Below are positions 1 through 11,507 of a DNA stretch of 64,000 bases, one piece after another; positions within the stretch are counted from its first letter, which is position 1; each line of letters begins with the position of its first letter. The position numbers were made by a program, and so were the translations under genes. The notes below the pieces were generated by a model, which saw nothing but the letters and a program-made list of their open reading frames with translations, did not search any database and was not told the DNA's origin. Source of the stretch: an uncultured Gemmatimonadaceae bacterium (GTDB lineage Bacteria > Gemmatimonadota > Gemmatimonadetes > Gemmatimonadales > Gemmatimonadaceae); NCBI GenBank assembly GCA_963790305.1, contig CAWBOC010000013.1:181793-245792 (forward strand), given 5' to 3'.

Positions 1-2
1 GC

Positions 3-488
3 AACGCCGGTATCTGGCCGGCCGAGGCGACGCCGGTGGCGGAGATGTCGGACGAGCGCTGGCTCGAGACGATGCGGCAGAACGTCGACTCGATTTTCTA
101 CGGCTCGCGCCTCGCGGCGCGGATGCTGGGGAACGGCGGGCGAATTGTGCTCGTGTCGAGCACTGCGGGGCAGCGTGGCGAGGCGTTTCACGCCGACTAT
201 GGCGCGTCGAAAGGAGCGATCATCTCGTTCGTGAAGTCGTTCGCGATCGAGCTGGCGGCGCGGGACATCACCGTCAACTCGGTTGCGCCGGGCTGGGTCG
301 ATACGGACATGTCGGCACCCGCGTACGGAGGAGACGAGAAGGAGCGTATCCGCCGGTCGATTCCCATCGGTCGGATCGCGAGCGCGATGGACATTGCCGG
401 ACCGATCGTGTTCCTCTGCTCGGACCTCGCGCGCCACATCACCGGCGAGATTCTAAACGTGAACGGGGGAAGCGTCCTCTCCGGTTGA
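3..488 (+). CDS. SDR family oxidoreductase (FabG-like), 5'-truncated by window edge
   Basis: NAG motif at the window start, YGASK catalytic YxxxK, VNSVAPGWVDTDM, and C-terminal ITGEILNVNGG. Confidence 0.9.
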   Translation, partial: NAGIWPAEATPVAEMSDERWLETMRQNVDSIFYGSRLAARMLGNGGRIVLVSSTAGQRGEAFHADYGASKGAIISFVKSFAIELAARDITVNSVAPGWVDTDMSAPAYGGDEKERIRRSIPIGRIASAMDIAGPIVFLCSDLARHITGEILNVNGGSVLSG

Positions 489-575
489 ACCGGGGCCCGC
501 AGGCACGACGACGGTCCGGACTTTGCCAAACAAATGGCGCATGTGACCTGCATCACCAACTTTGAAGGGGGTCTT

Positions 576-1112
576 ATGCGCCGCTACCTCGTCTTTTCGC
601 TGCTAATCGCGGCGTCGTGCTCCACTGGCGTCGACGCACCGCTGGCTCCGGCCCCGAATTTCAGCACCGTGGGACCCGGAAAGGGGAATTCTCCCGATCG
701 AATCCGGGTCTGGGAGCACCACCGAGAGGACTTCAGCCTGATCGTGGCTGGATGCCTCAACGAGCCACTGGTCGTGACGGGAACGATGAACTTCACCCTC
801 CAGGATCAGGATAATCCCGGGGAGCGCGCACACTTCCGGTTTCATACCAATCTCCAGGGCGTCTCCGGAGTTACTCAGATCACCGGGACTCGCTATCGCC
901 TGGCGCAGGTGCACAACGCGACGATCAACAACGACACGACCGACGTGATGCCCCTCGAGACCACTCAAGTTTTCCGATACCGTCTCATCGGAAGTGGGCC
1001 GCTCAACAACTCCACGATCGACATCTCATTCAAGCTTACGATCAACGCGAACGGCACTACGACTGCGTCATACACGCGGGCCGAGGCGCGCTGTCGTGAG
1101 GACGGACCGTAG
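576..1112 (+). CDS. Hypothetical lipoprotein
   Basis: GAAGGGG RBS before ATG 576; MRRYLVFSLLIAASC signal peptide/lipobox; beta-rich mature part. Confidence 0.65.
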   Translation: MRRYLVFSLLIAASCSTGVDAPLAPAPNFSTVGPGKGNSPDRIRVWEHHREDFSLIVAGCLNEPLVVTGTMNFTLQDQDNPGERAHFRFHTNLQGVSGVTQITGTRYRLAQVHNATINNDTTDVMPLETTQVFRYRLIGSGPLNNSTIDISFKLTINANGTTTASYTRAEARCREDGP

Positions 1113-1167
1113 TCGGATTGTCCCGCAGCAAGTATGGTTGGTCAGTGAGGTGACGTCGTAACGGTAC

Positions 1168-1196
1168 CCGAGGCCCGCCGACTGAGCGGGCCTCGG
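1168..1196. terminator. GC-rich hairpin, probable terminator
   Basis: Perfect 11-bp inverted repeat CCGAGGCCCGC/GCGGGCCTCGG with a 7-nt loop; no strong U-tract. Confidence 0.5.
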
Positions 1197-1310
1197 CCGC
1201 ATTCGGCCCCCTCGTGCGGCTTCGGCGACGCGTGGCGAAACGCTGGCCGTTCAGGCCAGATTGCATCGCTCGCCGCGCCGCCTCGGCCGTTTCTTGATTT
1301 CCTCACGACC

Positions 1311-2279
1311 GTGATCCCAATCCTCTTCACCGGTGGTACGATCTCGATGCGCCAGGATCCCGCAATCGGCGGTGCGATCCCGACGCTGTCGGGACGCGAT
1401 ATCCTTGCCGCGACACGCGGCATCGAGGAGGTCGCTGACTTCGAGGTAGAGGAATGGGGGGCGTATCCAGGTCCGCACATGACCGTCGAGCGGATGTGGG
1501 CGCTTCGAAACAGGATCGCCGAGCATATCGAGCGTCCGGAAGTGGACGGTGTCGTCGTCACGCATGGCACGGACACGCTCGAGGAATCCGCGTACCTCAA
1601 CGCCCGCACGATTGCCGCGCACAAGCCGATCGTATTCACCGGCGCGATGCGGACCGCGAGCGAGCTCGGCTGGGACGGACCGTCGAATCTGATCGACGCG
1701 GTTCGTGTGGCCGCGAGCGAGGAGTCGCGCGGCTACGGCGTGATGGTGACGCTCTCGGGGCGGGTATTCGCCGGCCTCGACGTGACCAAGGCGCACACGC
1801 ATTTGCTCGATGCCTTCGAGAGCCCGGGGCTCGGCCCGATCGGCGTCATCGACGATGGCAATGTGATCTTTCGTCGTGCGCTCCCCCCTTCGCCCCCGCT
1901 TCTCGCGCCGCCGTCGCCCGCGCTGCCGATCGATATCGTCGCCGCGTACCCGGGCGCGGACGCTCGGCTCCTCGATGCTGCTCGGGTTGACGCGTTAGGC
2001 GTCGTCATCTCCGCGATGGGACGGGGGAACGTGCCGCCCGCGATGGTGTCTGGGATCGAGCGATGGATTCGGGCCGGGAAGCCGATTGTCGTCGCGTCAC
2101 GAGCGCTTCGAGGGCGCGTCGGACGTACATACGGGTATCCGGGGGCCGGACGCCGATTGCACGACCTCGGCGCTGTGTTCGCTGGCTCGCGCCGTCCGCA
2201 ACAGGCGCGAATCGAGCTCAGTCTTGCGTTGGGTGCCGGGCTGACGGGGGGGGAGTTGAGGCAGCTCTTCGAGGAGTGA
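1311..2279 (+). CDS. Asparaginase
   Basis: TGGTI and HGTDTLEE catalytic motifs, TGAMR, and DGPSNL. Confidence 0.92.
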   Translation: MIPILFTGGTISMRQDPAIGGAIPTLSGRDILAATRGIEEVADFEVEEWGAYPGPHMTVERMWALRNRIAEHIERPEVDGVVVTHGTDTLEESAYLNARTIAAHKPIVFTGAMRTASELGWDGPSNLIDAVRVAASEESRGYGVMVTLSGRVFAGLDVTKAHTHLLDAFESPGLGPIGVIDDGNVIFRRALPPSPPLLAPPSPALPIDIVAAYPGADARLLDAARVDALGVVISAMGRGNVPPAMVSGIERWIRAGKPIVVASRALRGRVGRTYGYPGAGRRLHDLGAVFAGSRRPQQARIELSLALGAGLTGGELRQLFEE

Positions 2280-2291
2280 CGAAGCCAGTTT

Positions 2292-2687
2292 TCAGTTCGC
2301 TTCTCTCCAGACCTCGAAACACCGATGTCCGAACTCTCGCGCCGCGCGCATCTGATCGGGGAAGCCGAAGCAGTCGACCCACCCCATCTCCGCCGCGCGC
2401 CACTTGCAGCACCAGACGAAGGTCCACTGGCGAACGACGCCCTCGGCATGCGCCTCCACGGAGCCCCGGAAATCGGAGCACCCCGCGTAGCCTTCGACGC
2501 GTACCCGCTCGAGGCGGAGCGCTGGCTCGACGTCCAGCAGCTGCGCCAGCACGCGTAGCACCTTCACCGGAGGCGCGAACCCGGCTGCCTCGACCAACGG
2601 CGCCTTCCCATGCGTGCTATACTGCCGCACGGAGGCCTTGAACTCGTCGGTCGCGCCGGAGACGGCGAGCAGGGGTTCGAGATTCAT
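2292..2687 (-). CDS. Hypothetical protein (131 aa), divergent from the CCA enzyme gene
   Basis: Globular-looking ORF MNLEPLL...WCCKWRA...FGFPDQMRAAREFG. The upstream part of the ORF-track call only overlaps the CCA gene antisense. Confidence 0.7.
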   Translation of the reverse strand: MNLEPLLAVSGATDEFKASVRQYSTHGKAPLVEAAGFAPPVKVLRVLAQLLDVEPALRLERVRVEGYAGCSDFRGSVEAHAEGVVRQWTFVWCCKWRAAEMGWVDCFGFPDQMRAAREFGHRCFEVWREAN

Positions 2688-2735
2688 TGGTGCCCAAACA
2701 TAAACATCTGAAGGGCCATTTCCAAGCCTTTCGAC

Positions 2736-4058
2736 ATGCCCGCGCTCTCCCCGCCAGGCCCCGTTCTCGACATCGCTAAGCGCCTGGAGAACGAGGGCTT
2801 CGAGACCTGGTGCGTCGGCGGCGCCGTCCGCGATGCCCTGCTCGGGCACCCCCACCTGGACTGGGATCTCGCTACGGCCGCGACCCCGCAGCAGGTGCGT
2901 CGCCTTTTTCCGCGGACCGTCCCGGTCGGGATCGAGTTCGGAACCGTCGGCGTGCTCGATCGCAACGGCACGATGCACGAGGTCACGACCTTCCGACGCG
3001 ATGTCGAAACCGATGGACGGCACGCGGTCGTGACTTTCGGCGCGACGATCGACGAGGATCTCGCGCGGCGCGACTTCACGTTGAACGCGATCGCCTACCA
3101 TCCCGCAGACGCGGCGTCTGCACGATCCCTTCGAGGGTCAGCAGGACATTGCTCGTCGTGTCATCCGCGCCGTCGGGGAGCCGACGGAGCGGATGCGCGA
3201 GGATCGACTGCGCGCGCTGCGTGCGATTCGGTTCGCCGCCCGGTTCGACTTCGACATTGATCCGGAGACGTGGCAGGCCATCGTCGAAAGTGCGCCGCAT
3301 CTCGGTCGTCTGTCCGCCGAGCGCGTGAAGCAGGAGCTCGAGAAGACGATGGAGCAGGTCGAGCGGCCCGGGAGAGCGCTGGAGCTTTGGCGGGACAGCG
3401 GCGCTCTCGCGTGCGCTCCTGCCGGCCATCGAGGGCATCTCACCGATCGCGCTGCGCACGCTCGATCATCTTCCACGTGCGACCGGAAAGCGTGCCAGCC
3501 AGCGGAAAATGCTGCGGCTGGTCGCGCTCTTCAGCGAGCTGTCGCCGCGCGAAGCGGAGAAGACGGCGAGGAAGCTCCGCTTCTCGAACCAGCAGATCGC
3601 GTGGATTCGCGCCGTCGTCGAGCACGCGACAGCAGCGTCATAGCGAGATCGTCGAGGCGCACGTATCGGCCAAGGCCAGTCTCGCCGACACGAAATCGCG
3701 GAAGTGGATCGCCGTCGCAGGGCGCACGCGCATTGCGTCGGTGCATGCGCCTGGTCGCAGCGCGCTTCGCCGCGCAGCGCGACGCGGAGAAGCGGTCGCC
3801 GAGGGCGGAAGCGCATCGAGCGCGCTGTATCGGCGGGTCCTGCGGTCAGCCTTTCACGAGCCGGTCGAGCTCAGCGATCTTGCCATCAGCGGCGACGAGC
3901 TTGCGCGGCGCGGGCGTCGCGGAGGGACCGGAGATGGGGTGGGTGCTTCACCGACCTGCTCGATCGTCGTGCTCGAGGATCCGCGCCGGAACACCGTCGA
4001 GGAGCTGCTGCGTTTGGCTGCCGAATTGCTGAAGCGATATCGCACCGGAGAACGCTAG
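2736..4058 (+). CDS. cca: CCA tRNA nucleotidyltransferase (poly(A) polymerase family), frameshifted in read
   Basis: VGGAVRD, DWDLAT, EVTTFR, DLARRDFTLNA, EDRLRALRAIRF and LSAERVKQEL spread over several frames. Confidence 0.88.
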
Positions 4059-4069
4059 CCCACACGACG

Positions 4070-4597
4070 ATGTTCTTTCGCGGAAAACAATTCGACACGT
4101 CGATCTGGAAGCGGTTTCGCACGGCCGCCGACGGGTACTCGTTCGCCAAGGAGACCGACTACTACGCCGCGCATGTCGTCGCGAACGCGGAGCGCGTCGT
4201 CGACCTCTTCCACGCGCTCATGGAGCACCTTCCGCCCGCGGTGGACGTCGCGATCGAGGATCGACGCTCGGGCCGTCGATGGAAGGGGGAGAGTCTCGCG
4301 CTGCCCGACGTTCGCGACGCGATCGCTCGGCTGAAGACGGCCCTGGCCGGATCGGGCGGCGTCGAGATCGCCGTGTACACGAGCGAGGATCAACTGACGC
4401 TCAATCCGGTGCTCGAGCTGTTCATCTACGCGCGCAGCGATCAGTGGCTCTACATCCTGCAGGGGAAGGGGCTGGAAGAGCGGCGGACGGTGCGCACGAA
4501 GAGCTGGCGGCTGAAGCAGCAGGAGTTCCCGCCGGCTCCAGAGCTCAGCCAGGCGCTGGAGCAGGCCGCGACATCGTTAGGTCTTCAGCCGGCGTGA
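4070..4597 (+). CDS. Hypothetical protein (175 aa)
   Basis: Clean ORF MFFRGKQFDT...; operon-like spacing after cca and overlap with the next gene. Confidence 0.75.
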   Translation: MFFRGKQFDTSIWKRFRTAADGYSFAKETDYYAAHVVANAERVVDLFHALMEHLPPAVDVAIEDRRSGRRWKGESLALPDVRDAIARLKTALAGSGGVEIAVYTSEDQLTLNPVLELFIYARSDQWLYILQGKGLEERRTVRTKSWRLKQQEFPPAPELSQALEQAATSLGLQPA

Positions 4598-5314
4598 GCG
4601 GGGCCGCGCTGGCCCTCGCAGTCGTCGCGGCGGCGGCCGAACGTCATGGGCGCGGCGGCCGTGACGTGGCGACGGGAGTGGAGCGCCCGCGCGCTCGAGA
4701 CGATGATCGCGCTCGCCGCGGGCTTCATGATCGCCGCATCGGTGACCGACATTTTTCCCGAGGCGATCGCGCGCGGGGGAAGCGCCGCCGGCGCTCGTCG
4801 CCCTCCTCGGCTATGCGCTCGTGCATCTCACGCAGCACACGCTGGCCCCGCACTTCCATTTCGGCGAGGAGACGCACGAGGTCTCCAACGTCGTCAGCGT
4901 GTCCGCGCTCGTCGGCCTGCTGCTGCACACGTTCGTCGATGGCGTGGCCATCGCGAGCGCATTCGGCGTGAGCAGCTCGCTGGGCGTGCTCGTGTTCGTG
5001 GCGATTCTCTTGCACAAGTTTCCGGAGGGGCTCGCCATCTCGAGCCTGTTCCTCGCCGCTGGCGCAGGACGCGCGCGCGCTCTGTACGCCGCAGCCGCGC
5101 TGGGGGCGGCGACGATCGCGGGAGTCGTCCTGACCGGCGTCGTCGGATCTGCTTGCGACGTGGGGGCTCGCGCTGTCCGCGGGGGTCACCTTGTACGTCG
5201 GTGCGTCGAATCTCGTTCCGGAGTTTCAGGCCAAGAGCGGATGGCGGCTCCCGTTGGCGTTTTTCGCGGGGTGCGGGATCTACGTCGCCGCGCGAGTGCT
5301 GGTGCGATGCATGA
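4594..5314 (+). CDS. ZIP family metal transporter, frameshifted in read
   Basis: [18 protein letters not shown] loop, [17 protein letters not shown], and [11 protein letters not shown]. Confidence 0.88.
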
Positions 5315-5331
5315 CGCGAGCTGAGCTGCGC

Positions 5332-6713
5332 ATGCCGCGTAACCGACCGCGCACTCTTCCGGCGAAGCGCCCGCGCGATCCGTCGCTCTTCGCTCCCCCG
5401 GCGTCGTCGCAGCCGCTCGCGGCGCGCATGCGTCCGCGAACCCTCGACGAGTTCGTCGGCCAGACGCATCTGCTCGCTCCCGGCAGCGCGCTGCGCGACG
5501 CGATCGAGAAGGGCAACGTCGGCTCGATGATCTTCTGGGGCCCGCCCGGCTCCGGAAAGACGACGCTCGCCTTCCTCATCGCGCAGTACACCGATCGCGA
5601 GTTCGTCCCGTTCTCCTCGGTGACGGAAGGCGTGCCGCGCGTGCGCGAGATCATCGCCGAGGCCGAGGCGCGGCTCGAGACGGGGCGGGGCACGATCCTG
5701 TTCGCCGACGAGATCCACCGCCTCAACAAGGCGCAGCAGGACGCGTTTCTCCCGCACGTCGAGGCGGGCACGATCACGCTCATCGGGGCGACGACGGAAA
5801 ACCCATCGTTCGAGATCATTGGCGCGCTGCTCTCGCGAAGCCGCGTGTTCGTGCTCGAGCAGCTCGGCACCGACGATGTCGCCACGCTCGTCAGGCGCGC
5901 TGTCAGCCGATGAGGAGCGCGGGCTCGGCGCAGATGTCGCTGCGCGTCGACGACGACGCCGATGCACGCTGATCGCGACGGAGGCGGACGGCGATGCGCG
6001 GCGCGCGCTCACGGTGCTCGAAGCGTCGGCCACTCACGTGGGCGGCGGCGGACACATCACGGTGCCAGGTCGCGCGCGATGCGCTGCAGAAGCGGTTCGC
6101 GCGATACGACAAGGGCGGCGAGGAGCACTACAACCTCATCTCGGCCTATCACAAGGCGCTTCGCGGCAGCGATCCGCAGGGCGCGCTGTACTGGCTGGCG
6201 CGGATGATCGACGGCGGCGAGGATCCGATGTACATCGCGCGCCGAACGGTCCGCTTCGCGGCCGAGGACGTCGGGCTCGCCGATCCGGACGCGCTGCGAC
6301 TCGCGCATCGCCGCGCGTGATGCGTATCACTTTCTCGGATCGCCGGAGGGCGAGCTCGCGCTGGCCGAGGCGGCCGTCTATCTGGCGACGGCGCCGAAGT
6401 CGAACCGCGTGTACGAGGCGTGGAACGAGGCCATGCGGCTCGCGCGCGAGTCGCCGGCCGAGCCGGTGCCTTTGCATATTCGCAACGCGCCGACGAAGCT
6501 GATGAAGGAACTGGGGTATGGCGATGGGTATCAGTACGCACACGCCGTCCCCGAGGCATACATCCCGCAGGAGTATCTTCCGGACCGGCTGCGGGGACGC
6601 TGCTCTACGAGCCGGGCCCGTTCGGGTTCGAGCAGGACATCGCGAAGCGGCTCGCGTGGTGGACGGAGCTGAGAGAGAAAGCCGCGGGGGCGCGGCGCTC
6701 GGAGGACACGTGA
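5332..6713 (+). CDS. rarA: Replication-associated recombination protein A (MgsA/RarA AAA+ ATPase), frameshifted in read
   Basis: [59 protein letters not shown], and HIRNAPT. Confidence 0.93.
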
Positions 6714-6743
6714 AGGCATTCAACGCACGAGGGAGACAACGGT

Positions 6744-7221
6744 ATGCGTAAGCTCGCGTTGGTCGGACTGGCCGCGGCGACGGCGTTTGGCACGTACGGA
6801 TGTGCGAGCGTCGCTCGCAACGCGTTCGCCGAGCCGGTGGTCACGCTCCGCGATGTGAAGCTCCAGGGCATCGGACTCACCGGTGGGTCGTTCGACGTCG
6901 TGCTCAGCGTCTACAATCCGAACGGGTATCGCCTGGATGCGACGCAGCTGAATTACAATCTGTTCGTGGACACGCTGCGATTCGCGAATGGCACGCTGGC
7001 GCAGCAGTTCACGGTGCAGGAGAAGGATTCCACGCTCGTGCGCGTGCCGGTGAATTTCAGCTACGCCGGCGTCGGCGAGGCCGGTCGACAGCTGCTGAAC
7101 ACGGGGTCGGTGAACTATCGCGTGGCGGGCGACGTGACGGTGGCGACGCCGGTCGGGCAGCTTCAAGGTTCCGTACGACCGGACCGGCCGGTTCTCGACG
7201 TTAGGCGGGTCGAGTCGGTAG
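6744..7221 (+). CDS. LEA type 2 (WHy) family lipoprotein
   Basis: Signal ending YGC, VYNPNGY motif and beta-sandwich pattern; last residues in a shifted frame (VPYDRTGRFSTLGGSSR*). Confidence 0.8.
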
Positions 7222-7228
7222 ACTGCAG

Positions 7229-7264
7229 AGGCGCTAAAGGCGCTAGGGGCGCTAGAGGCGCTAG
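7229..7264 (+). repeat. 9-bp tandem repeat x4 (RGGCGCTAR)
   Basis: aggcgctaa aggcgctag gggcgctag aggcgctag, intergenic just upstream of hflX. Confidence 0.9.
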
Positions 7265-7273
7265 GGAACTGGC

Positions 7274-8605
7274 TTGAACGCCAACTTTCGAGCAGGAGTC
7301 ATCATCGCTAGAGACATCATCTCGCTCGCGCCGCCGGCGGAGCGCGCCATCCTCGTCGGCGCTCCGCTCAAGCGGTCGGCGGCGAGGCATCTGCTGACGG
7401 AGCATCTGGAGGAGCTGGCGCGCCTGGCGGACACCGCGGGCGCGGAAGTCGTCGGAGAGGTCACGCAGCTGCTCGATCGTCCGAGCCCGGCGACGTATCT
7501 GGGGAAGGGGAAGCTCGAGGAGCTGCGGCACCGCGTCGCCGACATCGGGGCGACGCTGGTCATCTTCGACGACGAGCTTTCGCCGACCCAGGGGAAGAAC
7601 ATCGAGCTCGAGCTCGGCACGCGCGTGATGGATCGTGCGGAGCTGATTCTCGACATCTTCGCCACGCGCGCGCGCAACGAGCGAAGCGAAGATGCAGGTC
7701 GAGCTCGCGCAGCTCGAGTACATGCTGCCGCGTCTGGCGCGGATGTGGACGCACCTCGAGAAGACCCGCGGCGGCATCGGTCTGCGCGGGCCCGGGTGAA
7801 ACGCAGATCGAAACGGACCGTCGGCTCATCCGGCCACCGCATCAAGGTGCTGCGGGAGCGGTTGGAGGACGTGCGGCGGTCGCGCGAGGTGCAGCGCGCC
7901 GGCCGTCGCGATGCGTTCAAGGCGTCGCTCGTCGGCTACACGAATGCCGGCAAGTCGTCGATCCTGCGCGCGCTGGCATCGGCGTCTGATGTCTTCGTGG
8001 AGGACCGGCTCTTCGCGACGCTCGATCCGCTGACGCGTGAGGTGCGCCTCGGCGATCACGCGCCGGCGCTGGTTACCGACACGGTCGGATTCATTCGCAA
8101 GCTGCCTCACGACCTCGTCGCGTCGTTCCGCGCCACGCTCGAGGAGGCGGCGGATGCCGATCTGCTGCTCCACGTCATCGATGGCAGTCACCCCACCTGG
8201 GAGGAGCAGGTGTCGGTCGTGAACGAGGTGTTGGCGGAGCTGGAGATGGCCGAGAAGCCCGTGCTTCACGTCTTCAACAAGATCGACCGGCTTGACGGCG
8301 ATGAGCTTCACGCGCTGCAGGAGCGAGCGCGTGAGCAGATTGGTGAGGCGATCTACGTCTCGGCGGTTGCGGAGGGAGGGCTCGAGCCGCTACGTCGCGC
8401 GCTGCTCGGCGCAATTCGCGCCAAGCGGCCGCTCATGGAGGTCGAGATTCCGGTGACCGACGGGCGACTGCTGGCCGAGGTGCACCGAAGTGCGGACGTG
8501 GTCGACCAGGCGCAGCGCGACGGCGTCATGGTGTTGCGCGCGAGGCTCGACGATGCGACGGCAGGGAGATTGCGAGGGAAGGGTGCCAAGATTCGTTCGA
8601 ACTGA
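7274..8605 (+). CDS. hflX: GTPase HflX (compensated internal frameshift ~7680-7830; start uncertain)
   Basis: [23 protein letters not shown] in a shifted frame, [21 protein letters not shown] and NKID. Confidence 0.93.
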   Translation: MNANFRAGVIIARDIISLAPPAERAILVGAPLKRSAARHLLTEHLEELARLADTAGAEVVGEVTQLLDRPSPATYLGKGKLEELRHRVADIGATLVIFDDELSPTQGKNIELELGTRVMDRAELILDIFATRARNERSEDAGRARAARVHAAASGADVDAPREDPRRHRSARARVKRRSKRTVGSSGHRIKVLRERLEDVRRSREVQRAGRRDAFKASLVGYTNAGKSSILRALASASDVFVEDRLFATLDPLTREVRLGDHAPALVTDTVGFIRKLPHDLVASFRATLEEAADADLLLHVIDGSHPTWEEQVSVVNEVLAELEMAEKPVLHVFNKIDRLDGDELHALQERAREQIGEAIYVSAVAEGGLEPLRRALLGAIRAKRPLMEVEIPVTDGRLLAEVHRSADVVDQAQRDGVMVLRARLDDATAGRLRGKGAKIRSN

Positions 8606-8630
8606 GCGCAACGTCGGCCTGCAGGGTACG

Positions 8631-9545
8631 GTGGTGCATACTGATTTGCCAGGTAGCTGGGCCCCGGCCAACGCGGGCGCGGAGTCGAGTGACCCGAGTC
8701 ACGGCCAGTGCGCCCTGTGTGGTAGCGAGAGCTTTGAGCCCGTGCGCGGTGTCCTCTCGCGTTGTCACGCTTGCGGACACATACAGTATTTGGTGGACCC
8801 GTCGGTTGCGCCTACAGACCTGTATACCGACGAATACTTCAACGGGCGCGAGTACCCTGGGTATCTCGACCAGGCTCCTTCTCTTCGTCGCTCAATGCGA
8901 CGCCACCTGGCCCAGATGTCGACGTATGGACCGCTCCGGGGCGACCTCCTGGAGATTGGCTGTGCGTACGGTCTGTTCCTGGACGAGGCGCGCCCTTTTT
9001 TCTCTTCTCTTGTCGGAGTCGATGTATGCGGGGGCCCGGTGGAATTTGGTCGCCACACGCTCGGCCTGGACCTGAGGTGCGGCGATTTCCTTGGCATGGA
9101 CTTCCCTCGCGAATCCTTCGACGCGATTTGCATGTGGGATACCATTGAGCACCTGGCCAACCCTCGAGACTTCGTCCGTGCGGCACGCCCTCTTCTCAAG
9201 CGTGATGGATACTTCTACCTAACGACGGGGGATGCGGACTCGTTCAACGCTCGCGTCCGTGGCCGACGGTGGCGTCAGATTCATCCCCCGTCTCATCTGC
9301 AGTACTTTTCCCGGCGAACCATCGTCGAACTGTTTCGGCGTTCTGGCTTCGAGGTAACGGGAATCGAAACCGCCGCGTACTACCACACGGTCTATAACAT
9401 TCTTGCAGGCGTTCGGCTGCGCGGGGGCTTGCCGACCGCCCTGACGGACTTTGCGCTGGGACCACTGGGCGGCGCAGTGACCCGCCGGCTTGGCTCGTGG
9501 ATCGACCTTGGCGACATCATGTTCGTCGCTGCGCGGCCGGCCTGA
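8631..9545 (+). CDS. Class I SAM-dependent methyltransferase with N-terminal CxxC..CxxC
   Basis: CALC/CHAC, LLEIGCAYG, FDAICMWDTIEH, and PPSHLQYFS. Confidence 0.85.
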   Translation: MVHTDLPGSWAPANAGAESSDPSHGQCALCGSESFEPVRGVLSRCHACGHIQYLVDPSVAPTDLYTDEYFNGREYPGYLDQAPSLRRSMRRHLAQMSTYGPLRGDLLEIGCAYGLFLDEARPFFSSLVGVDVCGGPVEFGRHTLGLDLRCGDFLGMDFPRESFDAICMWDTIEHLANPRDFVRAARPLLKRDGYFYLTTGDADSFNARVRGRRWRQIHPPSHLQYFSRRTIVELFRRSGFEVTGIETAAYYHTVYNILAGVRLRGGLPTALTDFALGPLGGAVTRRLGSWIDLGDIMFVAARPA

Positions 9546-9728
9546 CCCGTCCTCACGTCGTAATCTTCTGTAGACGCCGCCGGACCACCGGCGGCGTCCG
9601 TGTTGTGGGCGGAGGGCGCCCATGCCTCCGCGGGACGTGCCTGCCTATCTTTCCACCTTGTGCGCGTCAGTGGCACCGATATCCAGGAGAAACGCACCGA
9701 TGAAGAGCGTAGCAACGGGCCTCCTGCA

Positions 9729-10890
9729 GTGAACCATGTCGAGGTTTCCGTCGTGATGCCGTGCCTCAACGAAGCGGAAACGCTCGGGCGCTGTATCGCG
9801 AAGGCACAGCGCGCATTGAGCGAGGCGAAGATCAGCGGCGAGATCATCGTCGCTGACAACGGAAGCACCGACGGCTCGCAATCCATTGCCGAGCGAATGG
9901 GAGCCCGCGTGGTGCCCGTGAGAGATCGAGGATATGGCAATGCACTGATGGGTGGAATTGCCAGCGCCCGTGGCCGCTTCATCATCATGGGTGACGCCGA
10001 CGATAGCTACGACTTTCTCGAGATTCCGCGGTTTGTCGAGAAGCTGCGTGAAGGATTCCAGCTCGTGCAGGGGTGCCGACTCCCCTCAGGCGGAGGACTT
10101 GTCATGCCTGGAGCGATGCCGCCCCTTCATCGGTACTGGGGAAACCCAATGTTTTCCGCCATGGCGCGCCGTTGGTTTCACGCCCCAATTCACGACGTGT
10201 ACTGCGGACTGCGCGGGGTTCGAAAAGGGTTTCTACACGGAGCTCGATCAGCGGTGCACGGGGATGGAGTTTGCGACGGAGATGATCATTAAGTCCAGCC
10301 TCCGCGGTGCACGGATCGCTGAGGTTCCCATCACCCTCCATCCCGACGGGCGGACGACGCGCGCGCCCCACCTGCGCACGTTTCGCGACGGATGGCGTAC
10401 GCTCCGGTTCTTCCTGATGTACAGCCCCCGGTACCTCTTTCTCGTACCGGGGGGAGTTCTGATCGCGCTCGGACTCCTTGGGTACGCTCTCGCTCTACCG
10501 GGAGTCACGATTCGCGGCGCGACACTGGATGCTCACACGTTGCTATTCTCGAGTCTCGCCCTGATCTGCGGATATCAGTCAATTCTGTTCGCGGTGTTCG
10601 CCAAGATATTCGCGATTCGCGAGCGGATGCTCCCGGAAGATGCTCGGATGGCAAGCCTCTTTCGGCTCGTCACGCTGGAGCGCGGCGCGCTTGCGGGCGC
10701 CGTCGCGATGGTGCTTGGCGTTGCACTCTTGGTCGCAGCTATCGTCGAATGGGCGCGAGCGGAATTCGGTCCGCTCGACTACGCGAGCACGATGCGTCTC
10801 GTCGTTCCGGGGGTGACGCTCACCGCCGTCGGATTCCAGACGGTTCTGTCCAGCTTTTTCATGAGCATCCTTGGCATGAATCGCCGGTGA
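9729..10890 (+). CDS. GT2 polyprenol-phosphate glycosyltransferase (DPM synthase-like) with C-terminal TM helices; frameshift ~10220
   Basis: VSVVMPCLNE, ADNGSTDGS, MGDADDSYD, GMEFATEM, and PHLRTFRDGWR. Confidence 0.88.
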
Positions 10891-11499
10891 ACGTCATCGA
10901 GAGACTCCACGAGAGGTACGTGAAATCGCGGCGCGTCAGTGCATTGGCGGAGTCGATCGCCCCGCTGTTTCCCCGCGGGGCAAGGGTGCTGGATGTGGGG
11001 AGTGGCGATGGGATGCTCGCCGAGGCGATCCAGCGGCGTCGACCAGGACGTGCAGCTCCGTGGTATCGATGTGATCGAGCGGCCGGACGCCCGGATTCCG
11101 GTTGCCGTCTTCGATGGAGTGACGCTGCCGTTTCCCGACCAGTCGTTCGAAGTCGTCGTATTTGTCGATGTCCTCCATCACACCGCCAATGCAGAGGCGC
11201 TGCTGCGCGATGCACGGCGGGTCGCTCGATATGGCGTCATCATCAAGGACCATTGTGCGGACGGTTTTCTTGCCTGGCCCACGTTGCGCTTCATGGATCG
11301 TGTGGGGAACGCGCGCTTCGGGGTCGCGTTGCCACATCTCTACCTGCGGTGGGCGGAATGGCAGCGAATGTTCGTGCGGTTGGGGATGACCGTAACGACA
11401 ATGCGGCGCCGACTGGGACTCTACCCACCTCCACTAAGCTGGTTTTTCGATCGGTCATTGCACTTCGTCGCGGTTGTGGTTCGCGCCGATCTCCGGTAG
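10887..11499 (+). CDS. Class I SAM-dependent methyltransferase; frameshift ~11040
   Basis: VLDVGSGDG, then LPFPDQSFEVV..DVLHH in the next frame; GTGA overlap with the upstream stop. Confidence 0.85.
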
Positions 11500-11507
11500 C
11501 GTCGGTC

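Noticed and set aside
5191..5913. ZIP transporter-RarA fusion
   Set aside because: Indel-rich region; RarA has its own ATG at 5332 and a nearby stop exists at 5314.
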